A DNA stretch of 64,000 bases, taken from a bacterium. GTDB taxonomy: Bacteria; Bacillota_I; Bacilli_A; RF39; UBA660. The notes beneath the pieces are model-generated. The model saw only the letters and a list, made by a program, of their open reading frames with translations, was not told the DNA's origin and searched no databases. Positions 10,280-18,275 of the stretch are shown here, in pieces (within the stretch, counting starts at the first letter, position 1; the number at the start of each line of letters is the position of its first letter). The stretch lies in NCBI GenBank assembly GCA_963641945.1, contig CAVIDW010000004.1, positions 2,462-66,461 of the forward strand, written 5' to 3'. The translations under genes and the position numbers were made by a program.

Positions 10280-10840
10280 ATGTTTAAATATGAAAAAATG
10301 TTAGAATATCCAGTTAATGTAAAGAAAAAAGATTTAAGAATGGCTAAATTATTAGTAGCACAATTTGGGGGACCAGATGGAGAACTAGGCGCATCGCTAA
10401 GATATCTAACTCAAAGATTTACAATGCCTGATAATAAAGGAAAAGCACTATTATCTGATATTGGAACTGAAGAACTTGGTCATGTTGAAATGATATGTAC
10501 AATGATTAGACAATTAATTAAAGATGCAAGTATAGAAGAAGTTAAAAAAGCAGGCTTAGAAGCATGGTATACAGAACACAATAAAGGGATATTTCCAATG
10601 GATCCAAACGGAATTTCATTTACATCTGCATATATCGCATGTTCGGGGAATCCCATAGTTGATTTACATGAAGATATAGCCGCAGAAGAAAAAGCAAGAG
10701 CTACATATGAAAACCTAATGGATTTAACAGATGATGAAAGTATTCTTGCCCCTCTAAGTTTCTTAAGGCAAAGAGAAATAGTTCATTATACAAGATTTAA
10801 AGAATTACTAGAATATTATCAAAAGAAAGGCTATAAATAG
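10280..10840 (+). CDS. cotJC: Spore coat protein CotJC (manganese catalase family)
   Basis: 186 aa. It carries LRYLTQRF...EELGHVEM and REIVH motifs of the Mn-catalase/CotJC family. Its start is 2 nt after the cotJB stop. Confidence 0.9.
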   Translation: MFKYEKMLEYPVNVKKKDLRMAKLLVAQFGGPDGELGASLRYLTQRFTMPDNKGKALLSDIGTEELGHVEMICTMIRQLIKDASIEEVKKAGLEAWYTEHNKGIFPMDPNGISFTSAYIACSGNPIVDLHEDIAAEEKARATYENLMDLTDDESILAPLSFLRQREIVHYTRFKELLEYYQKKGYK

Positions 10841-10846
10841 TCTTTT

Positions 10847-11554
10847 TTAATTCTTTATATCCTTATTTATAAATATAAAAGAGCCAAATAAATATAATAA
10901 TATCATATTAATAGTATCAACAATAATTCCCTTCTTTAAAGATAAATTTACATCAAAAGAAATATTTATGTCATTTAAACTATTTTTATCATTAAATATA
11001 GAAAAATCCAAATAAGGTAAAATACTATATTCCATAATTTTAACATCTATTCCAAATAATATTTGAACTATTACCAAAGAAAAAACTAATAAAAATATAC
11101 AAATACTTACAACTATTGCAGTATTTCTTATTATTGTTGATATAAATATTAACATTGAATTTAGTAAATATAAAGGTAAAGTATATATTAAATATTTAAA
11201 TAATATTTTAATTTCAAAATTTCTAATTATTAAAACAAACATAAAATATATAAAGATAGATAAAATAAAAGTATAAAACACCATCATAATATATTTAGAC
11301 AAATATATCTTTTTTCTCTTAACTGGCTTTGTTAAATACATTTTAAATGTACCATTCTCTATTTCATTAGAAATAATACCTCCAAATAAAGCACAATTAC
11401 AAAGACCAATAAATGATATTAAAGAATAGATCTTATCAAAATTTAAACTTTCAACTTCTTTCATTACCAATATTACAATTGAAAATATAACAAAAGGTAA
11501 ATATAATTTAAAGTATCCAATCTTAATAAATTCATTTTTAACAAGTTTTATCAT
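10847..11554 (-). CDS. ABC-2 type transporter permease
   Basis: 235 aa with six predicted hydrophobic segments. It overlaps the 3' end of the upstream ABC ATPase gene. Confidence 0.6.
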   Translation of the reverse strand: MIKLVKNEFIKIGYFKLYLPFVIFSIVILVMKEVESLNFDKIYSLISFIGLCNCALFGGIISNEIENGTFKMYLTKPVKRKKIYLSKYIMMVFYTFILSIFIYFMFVLIIRNFEIKILFKYLIYTLPLYLLNSMLIFISTIIRNTAIVVSICIFLLVFSLVIVQILFGIDVKIMEYSILPYLDFSIFNDKNSLNDINISFDVNLSLKKGIIVDTINMILLYLFGSFIFINKDIKN

Positions 11555-12434
11555 TATTACTCACCATATCAAAAAACTCTTGTTCTAAACTTTTATTATG
11601 TTCAACTATGCGATAAACATTAATATTATTTAATACTAATTCTCTATTAAGTTCACTAATTTTTTCATCACTTTCATATACTTCTAATTCCTCATTTATA
11701 CAATAATTATTAAGTAACATTCTAGCTCTAGAATAATCATCTACTTCAAATATAACATTTCTTTTCTTTACACTATTGTCATTACATTTAATACTTACTA
11801 TCTTACCATCATTTATAAAAATAATTTTAGTACATAAACCCTCTATTTCACTAAGCATATGAGAAGAAATTATAATAGTAGTATCTCTCATATTTTTAAG
11901 TAGTTTCATTACCTTTTTTACACCCAATGGATCAAGTCCATTAGTAGGCTCATCCAAAATAAGAATTTTAGGTTTATTTAAAAGACTATTTGCTATTCCT
12001 AGTCTTTCCTTCATACCAAGAGAATAAGTCTTAAACTTACGTTTTAAAAATGTCTCCATTTCAACCATTTTCACAATACTGTTTATACTATCATCACTTA
12101 TATTGTTAAACATAGATTTATATAAACTTAAATTCTTTTTCCCATTCAAATTTCCATACATATCAGGGTACTCTATCAAAGTTCCAACAATAGACATTGC
12201 CTTCTCAAAATCTTTTCTTAAATCATACCCATCATATGTAATCTCACCATCACTAGAATAAAGACCACTCATTATTTTAAGTAATGTAGATTTACCTGCT
12301 CCATTAGGTCCAACTAAACCAACAATTTCACCTTTATAAACATCAAAATTAATATTATCTAATATTTTTCTATCTCCAATATATTTATTAACATTTCTAA
12401 CTTTAATTATTTTTTCCATCATTTCTCCCTTCAT
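11538..12434 (-). CDS. ABC transporter ATP-binding protein
   Basis: Walker A GPNGAGKSTLLK, signature LSLGMKERL, Walker B ILILDEPTNGLD. Confidence 0.9.
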   Translation of the reverse strand: MKGEMMEKIIKVRNVNKYIGDRKILDNINFDVYKGEIVGLVGPNGAGKSTLLKIMSGLYSSDGEITYDGYDLRKDFEKAMSIVGTLIEYPDMYGNLNGKKNLSLYKSMFNNISDDSINSIVKMVEMETFLKRKFKTYSLGMKERLGIANSLLNKPKILILDEPTNGLDPLGVKKVMKLLKNMRDTTIIISSHMLSEIEGLCTKIIFINDGKIVSIKCNDNSVKKRNVIFEVDDYSRARMLLNNYCINEELEVYESDEKISELNRELVLNNINVYRIVEHNKSLEQEFFDMVSNNDKTC

Positions 12435-12592
12435 AAAAATGAGTATACATATTTATAAATATAATATCAAATTAACAAAATTAAATTTTAATAACAAAAA
12501 TATAAATCAAAATAATCTTTTCTATAATTAAAAATAAAATAATTATTATAGAAAAACTAATCAAAAATAAAAAACTTACAAAATTTGTAAGT

Positions 12593-13594
12593 TTAATTAA
12601 TTTCATCTAAATCAAAATTTTCTTCTTTTATTAAATCTTTAAATATTTCTTTAAATCTAGCAATTTCCTTTACTTTAGAATCTTCATATATAACTTTAGT
12701 TCTTTTAATTGCTTTATAAAAATGTTTTATTTTAACTTCTGTTTCATTATCATATAAAGCCATAGAGAATGCACTCATAACAATAGTTAATGCTATATCA
12801 GGATATCTATTTCCTATTTCATATATTCTTTTATACTCATCTGTCATTTCAACTATAAATTTAAATATCTTCTCACGTATAAAATCAGTATAACCTATTT
12901 TAATACCAGTTCTTTTTTCATATTTAGGATATGTACCCATCAAAATAGCAACACATTGTTCTTCTGTAGGTTCAGCAACATCAACTTTTAAGAAACGTCT
13001 TAAAAAAGCTCTATCTCTTAAAATATAAGCTTCAAATTCTTCATATGTAGTAGCACCAATCATCTTAATTTCTCCACGATCTAACCCAGGCTTTAACATA
13101 TTTGCAAAGTCGATACTCATATTGGATGTATTTCTATTTACAAGCAAGTGAATTTCATCTATAAATAATATTATATTTTTTTTATGTTTTAACTCTTCAA
13201 CTAATAATTGAAGTCTATTTTCTGATTGACCCTCTCCAACTTTAGTTTCTCCAAGTAAACTTGAAATATTAACTTTTATTAACTCATAAGGTTTTAAAGC
13301 ATTTGGAATAGTACCAGTCACCATCCTATATCCAATACCTTCAACAATAGCAGTTTTACCTACACCAGCTTTACCTACAAGTAATGCACTTTTTTCAGGT
13401 GTTAATAAAATTTCAATAGTTTGTTCTATTTCATGTTCTCTTCCAATAGCTGGATTTGTAACATATTCTTTTCTGCTTAAATTCTCACCATAAGTATCTA
13501 AAATACTATATCTTAATTCATTACTAGAATCTTCTTCTTTTATAGTATCATCATTTTCATTTCCAAGTTCAACAATTTCAAAATTATTATTCAT
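12593..13594 (-). CDS. Stand-alone AAA+ ATPase resembling the first nucleotide-binding domain of ClpA/ClpB/ClpC
   Basis: [17 protein letters not shown]...[16 protein letters not shown]...[10 protein letters not shown]...IGATTYEEF...RRF are all Clp NBD1 signatures. It is only 333 aa, with no N-domain, no NBD2 and no ClpP loop. Confidence 0.7.
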   Translation of the reverse strand: MNNNFEIVELGNENDDTIKEEDSSNELRYSILDTYGENLSRKEYVTNPAIGREHEIEQTIEILLTPEKSALLVGKAGVGKTAIVEGIGYRMVTGTIPNALKPYELIKVNISSLLGETKVGEGQSENRLQLLVEELKHKKNIILFIDEIHLLVNRNTSNMSIDFANMLKPGLDRGEIKMIGATTYEEFEAYILRDRAFLRRFLKVDVAEPTEEQCVAILMGTYPKYEKRTGIKIGYTDFIREKIFKFIVEMTDEYKRIYEIGNRYPDIALTIVMSAFSMALYDNETEVKIKHFYKAIKRTKVIYEDSKVKEIARFKEIFKDLIKEENFDLDEIN

Positions 13595-13658
13595 ACGTTT
13601 TCCCTCATCTTTTTCATACTAATTTTATCAATTTTATTAACAAAAGTCTACATTTTTG

Positions 13659-13687
13659 TTGACAAATAAAAAAACATACATTATAAT
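13659..13687 (+). promoter_or_regulatory. SigA-type promoter of tRNA-Asn
   Basis: TTGACA (13659-13664), a 17-nt spacer, then TATAAT (13682-13687), ending 13 nt before the tRNA. Confidence 0.7.
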
Positions 13688-13700
13688 TATTTATGCAAAT

Positions 13701-13776
13701 GCCCGATTAGCTCAGTCGGTAGAGCGCACGGCTGTTAACCGTTAGGTCGTAGGTCCGAGTCCTACATCGGGCGCCA
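13701..13776 (+). tRNA. tRNA-Asn (anticodon GTT), CCA encoded
   Basis: A cloverleaf is readable. The acceptor stem is GCCCGAT/ATCGGGC and the D arm is GCTC..GAGC. The anticodon loop is CTGTTAA, the T arm is GTAGG-TCCGAGT-CCTAC, and the 3' end is GCCA. Confidence 0.9.
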
Positions 13777-13785
13777 TTTGCATAT

Positions 13786-13811
13786 AAACTCAAGATTTCT
13801 TGAGTTTTTTT
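13786..13811 (+). terminator. Intrinsic terminator after tRNA-Asn
   Basis: aaactcaag-attt-cttgag hairpin followed by T7. Confidence 0.75.
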
Positions 13812-13836
13812 ATTGTTTTTAAACATACAATTAAAT

Positions 13837-14214
13837 ATGAATAAAAGTTTCCATGAAATATTTAATACTAATCCAAGACTATCAACATCAATTAGTTTTA
13901 TACTTGGACTCTTACTTGTAGATAATCTTACAGCTCCTGAACAAAATATGCTTGGAAACTGGATTATACTTTTAGGTCAAACAATACTAACAAATGCTGC
14001 CTCACAAAATATTATCGAAGGAAGAATAAAAGGTGGAATAATAAATATAAATTCAAAAGAAGTTAAATGTTTATATAATCCACCAGTATATAATATAGAA
14101 ACAATCAAAAAAATTATAAAGCAAGTTTATCCAAATCACTCAATAGATTTAGATGCTCTAACAAATATGGTAGAAGAACTTAAATCAAAAATAGATGAAA
14201 TTAAAAAAGACTAG
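13837..14214 (+). CDS. Hypothetical protein
   Basis: The ATG at 13837 is preferred over the TTG at 13813, which lies inside the terminator T-run. It has a hydrophobic segment with LTAPEQNMLGNWIILLGQTILTN. I recognise no family. Confidence 0.45.
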   Translation: MNKSFHEIFNTNPRLSTSISFILGLLLVDNLTAPEQNMLGNWIILLGQTILTNAASQNIIEGRIKGGIININSKEVKCLYNPPVYNIETIKKIIKQVYPNHSIDLDALTNMVEELKSKIDEIKKD

Positions 14215-15470
14215 TGTATTATTTCTAGTCTATCTTTGTCATTCTCATTAATTGTTATTTTGATAGTATATCTACTTAATTCATTAGAACTATATATCTT
14301 TTCTTCTTTAAAGTCTGAAATATAACTACTTATTCTATCTCTATCATCAATTTTCAAAGATATATAAATACTATTATTAGATTTTTTAACATAATAATCA
14401 TAGTAATTTTCATAATATTTAATTTCTAATTTAACTTGATCTTTTAAATTCTCATCATATTCAATTACATAATCATTTTTATAATTTGCATTAAAAGTAA
14501 TATAAAACTTTTTAGATTTATTCTTAGGTAAATCAAGTTTATCATAAACACTAGTCATACTATATTTATCACTAACATCTTGAATTTCTTGAGTATGATA
14601 TATTTTATAAAAAATTAAAGTTATTCCTAAAGCAATAATTATAGTAGAAGATATTATAATAATTAAATTCAATTTGTAATTATTTTTCTTCTTAAAGATA
14701 AGTTTATTAAGCATAATAAATAACCAAAAAACTAAAACATTTAAACCAAATAATGCAATATTTAATCCAATCAACCTCACTCCATCTAAAAAAGCAAATA
14801 AACTAGCTAAAAACATTATATTAACACATAAGAATATAAACAAAACAAAAGCAAGTATTAAAAAACTAATAACACTAATAAATATTCTTTTTCTTCTGGA
14901 TTTTTTATTTTCAAAAAACTTCTTATCACTAATAGTACTAACAATATTTGAAAATTCTTCTCTAAAGTCAGATGAAACACCATCACTAATGTTAATTATT
15001 TCTTCTTTTGACTCTTCAATATTACCCTTTACTTTATCAATTTTACATTTCATTTTAAATAATCTAATATTCTTATTAATTTTATTATTCTTTTTTACTT
15101 TAATATCTTTATTAATATCATTTGACAATTCATTTGTAGTTTTAACAACATGTACTTTATCCTTGACTTTATTCTCTTTATCTTTTTTCTTAATTTCAAT
15201 CTTTCTATCTTTAATTAAAAAATCTTTAAATTTAGAAAAATTATTATTTTTAAATAAATTAAAAGAACTTGCTTTTTCTTTTTCAATTTCTTTTAAAGCA
15301 ACATCTTTTGGATTACCCAATTCTTTTAAAATATTTATAATATTTTTTCCAGATTCTTTTTCTTTTTTAATAAATTCTTGATATTTATTTATTATTTCTT
15401 TTTTCTTTTTGTTACTTAAACAATTTAAATTATTATATAGTGTATTAAGAAACTTTTTATCCTTTTTCAT
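14211..15470 (-). CDS. Membrane protein with a DUF1700 (HAAS)-like N-terminal domain
   Basis: The N-terminus (...LSNKKKKEIINKYQEFIKKEKESGKNIINILKELGNPKDVALKEI) matches the DUF1700 pattern. It is followed by a Lys-rich linker, about 4 TM segments and a C-terminal domain. No PadR partner gene is seen. Confidence 0.5.
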   Translation of the reverse strand: MKKDKKFLNTLYNNLNCLSNKKKKEIINKYQEFIKKEKESGKNIINILKELGNPKDVALKEIEKEKASSFNLFKNNNFSKFKDFLIKDRKIEIKKKDKENKVKDKVHVVKTTNELSNDINKDIKVKKNNKINKNIRLFKMKCKIDKVKGNIEESKEEIINISDGVSSDFREEFSNIVSTISDKKFFENKKSRRKRIFISVISFLILAFVLFIFLCVNIMFLASLFAFLDGVRLIGLNIALFGLNVLVFWLFIMLNKLIFKKKNNYKLNLIIIISSTIIIALGITLIFYKIYHTQEIQDVSDKYSMTSVYDKLDLPKNKSKKFYITFNANYKNDYVIEYDENLKDQVKLEIKYYENYYDYYVKKSNNSIYISLKIDDRDRISSYISDFKEEKIYSSNELSRYTIKITINENDKDRLEIIH

Positions 15471-15574
15471 ATTTGCACCCCATAATTCGATTATATAATA
15501 ATCTAATTATATGTTTTTGTCAAATAAAATATGCAAACCAAAAAATATTACTACTTAAAGTAATATTTTTATAA

Positions 15575-15883
15575 TTAACTTAATTCTTTAAGTTTACCAG
15601 AATACTTAGTATACGATTTAGTTATTTTATTTTCTTCTTCAGGAGTTAGTGTATACCATCCTTTATAAAACATTAAATTAAATATATCTCGAGCCATATC
15701 TTTAGTTTCTTCAAAAATATTTATAATATTTTTATATAAATATTTATTACTCATTTCATTTATTGCAACACTATAACTATTAGATATACTCTTTTCACAT
15801 AACATTATGTCATTTAATAAATCTTCATCATTCAAGTATTCATCTCTATTAATTACTTCTTTTTCATTTTTTATTTCTTTCAT
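15575..15883 (-). CDS. CotF-family spore coat protein
   Basis: 102 aa. LLNDIMLCEKSISNSYSVAINEMSNKYLY...ARDIFNLMFYKGWY fits the Coat F domain. Confidence 0.65.
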   Translation of the reverse strand: MKEIKNEKEVINRDEYLNDEDLLNDIMLCEKSISNSYSVAINEMSNKYLYKNIINIFEETKDMARDIFNLMFYKGWYTLTPEEENKITKSYTKYSGKLKELS

Positions 15884-15891
15884 AATATCTC

Positions 15892-16089
15892 CTATTCTAA
15901 AATACTTAACAATTCTTTATAATGTTTGGCATGTAATTTCTTAGCTTTAATTAATATATCTTTAACATCACTATCACAAGCATATTCTAAAAAAATATAT
16001 ATTTTTTTATTCATTATAAAATTCCAATTCATCATATCTTCTATATACAAAAGATCTTTAACTGAAATTATATTTGGTGTTTCTTTCAT
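15892..16089 (-). CDS. Small hypothetical protein, possibly a Coat F-like partner
   Basis: 65 aa, lying 8 nt upstream of the CotF-like gene on the same strand. Only weak family resemblance. Confidence 0.35.
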   Translation of the reverse strand: MKETPNIISVKDLLYIEDMMNWNFIMNKKIYIFLEYACDSDVKDILIKAKKLHAKHYKELLSILE

Positions 16090-16168
16090 ATTTTTATCCT
16101 CCTAGTTATATTATTTACAAATTTGAATAAAATAATAATGTAAATAAACACCAATTTTTTTAAAATAA

Positions 16169-16195
16169 TTAGCACTTATTATTGACAAGTGCTAA
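16169..16195 (+). promoter_or_regulatory. CIRCE-type (HrcA) operator
   Basis: TTAGCACTT-N9-AAGTGCTAA is a perfect 9-bp inverted repeat. It matches the CIRCE consensus TTAGCACTC-N9-GAGTGCTAA at 16 of 18 positions. Confidence 0.75.
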
Positions 16196-16209
16196 TTATT
16201 GAGTATAAT
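16182..16209 (+). promoter_or_regulatory. SigA-type promoter of hsp20, overlapping CIRCE
   Basis: TTGACA (16182-16187), a 16-nt spacer, then TATAAT (16204-16209). Confidence 0.7.
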
Positions 16210-16233
16210 TATAATTGTAAGGAGATGAAAATT

Positions 16234-16629
16234 ATGAGTTTATTACCAGAAAAGTTTTATTTAGATGATTTCTTTGATGATTTTGTACCAATGCCAAAAA
16301 TGCCAAAGAACGACATGAAATGTGACATTTATGAAAAAGGTGGTAAAGTTCATATAGAAATGGATATTCCAGGTTTCAGCAAAGAAGATGTAAAAGTTGA
16401 TTTAGATGATGGAATTCTTACTATAGCAGCAACTAAACATGAAGATAAAGAGGAAAAAGAAAAGAACTACTATAGAAAAGAAAGAACATTTGGAACATTC
16501 AAAAGACAATTTAATGTTGGAAACATTAATGAAAGTACAATTGATGCAAAGTTCTATAACGGAGTACTAAAAATTAGTTTCCCAAAAGAAGAACAAAAAC
16601 AATCAAAGAAATTCATCGACATAAAATAA
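16234..16629 (+). CDS. Hsp20/alpha-crystallin family small heat-shock protein
   Basis: The ATG at 16234 lies 9 nt after the RBS aaggag. The alpha-crystallin pattern reads ...DIYEKGGKVHIEMDIPGFSKEDVKVDLDDGILTI...RKERTFGTFKRQF...GVLKISFPK. Confidence 0.9.
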   Translation: MSLLPEKFYLDDFFDDFVPMPKMPKNDMKCDIYEKGGKVHIEMDIPGFSKEDVKVDLDDGILTIAATKHEDKEEKEKNYYRKERTFGTFKRQFNVGNINESTIDAKFYNGVLKISFPKEEQKQSKKFIDIK

Positions 16630-16640
16630 AAACAATAAAC

Positions 16641-16669
16641 AAAAAGTTCACAATCAATGTGAACTTTTA
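16641..16669. terminator. Bidirectional intrinsic terminator between convergent genes
   Basis: agttcaca-atcaa-tgtgaact hairpin flanked by an A-run and a T-run. It sits between hsp20 and the surface-protein gene. Confidence 0.7.
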
Positions 16670-18264
16670 TTATGTTTAAATAAATCTTTTTTTTCACAAA
16701 AAATTCCCAAGAAAAACATTAAAACACAAATAATAGTAAAAATTATATAAATAAAGACATTATTTTTTTCATCTTGTCTTACAACAAGAGCATATGACTT
16801 TACAGTACCATCAGTAGATTTAACATTTACCAAAACAAGTGAATTATTTTTTAATTTATTATTTCCTTCAATTGTAACAATACTATCAGAATCTTCAGGA
16901 ACAGCATTAATTTCAAGAGAAGATTCATCACTACTTAATTCTAAATAATAAAGATTATTATCATTATCAAAACTAATATCATGATTTGAAACACTAAATT
17001 CACTTAAATTAGTATTTGAAGATAAATATTTTTCTACTCTATTAATATTAATTTTATATGTCCTTTCAATTTCATTTTCAGCTAAAACTTTTATTTCAAC
17101 TACATCTATATCTTTGCTTAAATCAATCTCTCTTTCGCCACAACCATTCGCAAAACTTGCTTTTTCACTATTAAGTATAGAACTAATTGTAATTTTATCA
17201 ATTGTTTTTAAGACATAAAGCGTATATTCTAAAACTTCAGAATCAAATTTTTGATTTAATTTACCATCAGAAACAGTTAACGATTTCAAAGTATTATCAG
17301 AATCTCTACCATCACTTCTACTAATAGAAATTTCATAGTTTTTTTTACTTTCATTTTCGGCAGTAACAACAACATTATAAGTATTAGTACCATACTTTAC
17401 CCTAATTTTACCAGTACCACTAACTTTTGCTTTACTATCACTAGCAATAGCATCTATTACTAAAGTATCTTTATCAGTACTAATACTATATTTTGTGTTA
17501 GTGGAAGAAAAGATAGGATACAATGTTTCACCTTCTATAGACAAAAATTTAAGGGTACTATCATTATTTCTATTATCATTTCTTGTAATAATAACCTGAT
17601 AAGTTTTTTTAGAACCATTTTCAGCAGTAACAACAACATTATAAGTATTAGTGCCATACTTAACACTTACTTTTCCAGTTCCACTAACTTTTGCTTTACT
17701 ATCATTAGCAACAGCTTTAATAGTAACAGCAGATTTATCAGTTGTCAAACTAACTTTTCCGTTGCTCATATTGACAGAAGTACCATCAATATTTAAAGAT
17801 TTTAGAGAATTATCAGTTGATGGAACTCTTATACTTAATGATAAAGTATTTGAACTAATATTAACAGAAGCAAAATTACCACTAGAATCTCTTGCAAAAA
17901 CAGGTTTAATAACTGTTATCATTTCATTACTAGAAACACTTTTAGCCTTTATAACAAAATTTTTAACAACTACAAATGAACCAGATTTTGCATTACTTGA
18001 GTCTGTATATAATGAAATTACTCCATTATTAGCACTACCTTGAAAATCATTATTATGTTCAATAGAAACCAAACTCAATGCACTTGATAATTTAATAGTA
18101 CCAGAAACACCTGTAACACCATAATCAGAATTAGCAATAATTTTACATTTAGTAGTTTCATCAACAAGTAAACTAGTTTTTTCACATGAAATTTTCAAAT
18201 TATTTGAAGCATTAACAAATAGCGGAAAAAAACATAATAGCAAAACAAATAACTTATTTTTCAT
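16654..18264 (-). CDS. Membrane-anchored surface protein: signal peptide, cohesin-like N-terminal domain, about 4 cadherin-like beta-sandwich repeats, C-terminal TM anchor
   Basis: 536 aa. Signal peptide MKNKLFVLLLCFFPLFVNA. The first domain (...VTGVSGTIKLSSALSLVSIE...GVISLYTD...) is cohesin-like. The repeats read L(K/S)SL.I.G....(F/M)......Y.......V.I.A...D..AKVSGTG......G.N....VVTAENGS.K.Y.I.I.R. The tail is hydrophobic. Confidence 0.65.
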   Translation of the reverse strand: MKNKLFVLLLCFFPLFVNASNNLKISCEKTSLLVDETTKCKIIANSDYGVTGVSGTIKLSSALSLVSIEHNNDFQGSANNGVISLYTDSSNAKSGSFVVVKNFVIKAKSVSSNEMITVIKPVFARDSSGNFASVNISSNTLSLSIRVPSTDNSLKSLNIDGTSVNMSNGKVSLTTDKSAVTIKAVANDSKAKVSGTGKVSVKYGTNTYNVVVTAENGSKKTYQVIITRNDNRNNDSTLKFLSIEGETLYPIFSSTNTKYSISTDKDTLVIDAIASDSKAKVSGTGKIRVKYGTNTYNVVVTAENESKKNYEISISRSDGRDSDNTLKSLTVSDGKLNQKFDSEVLEYTLYVLKTIDKITISSILNSEKASFANGCGEREIDLSKDIDVVEIKVLAENEIERTYKININRVEKYLSSNTNLSEFSVSNHDISFDNDNNLYYLELSSDESSLEINAVPEDSDSIVTIEGNNKLKNNSLVLVNVKSTDGTVKSYALVVRQDEKNNVFIYIIFTIICVLMFFLGIFCEKKDLFKHNKSSH

Positions 18265-18275
18265 ATTATACCTCC

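Noticed and set aside
14989-15381. Antisense 'shadow' ORFs listed in the track. This one, plus 5736-5951, 17651-18043, 18760-18954, 29057-29281, 30133-30558, 31100-31360, 35308-35502, 35456-35644, 40489-40776, 48719-48961 and 59482-59679.
   Set aside because: Each lies entirely inside, and opposite to, a longer ORF with clear family motifs. Their translations are low-complexity Leu/Ile/Phe/Ser-rich strings typical of the reverse strand of AT-rich genes. None has an RBS.
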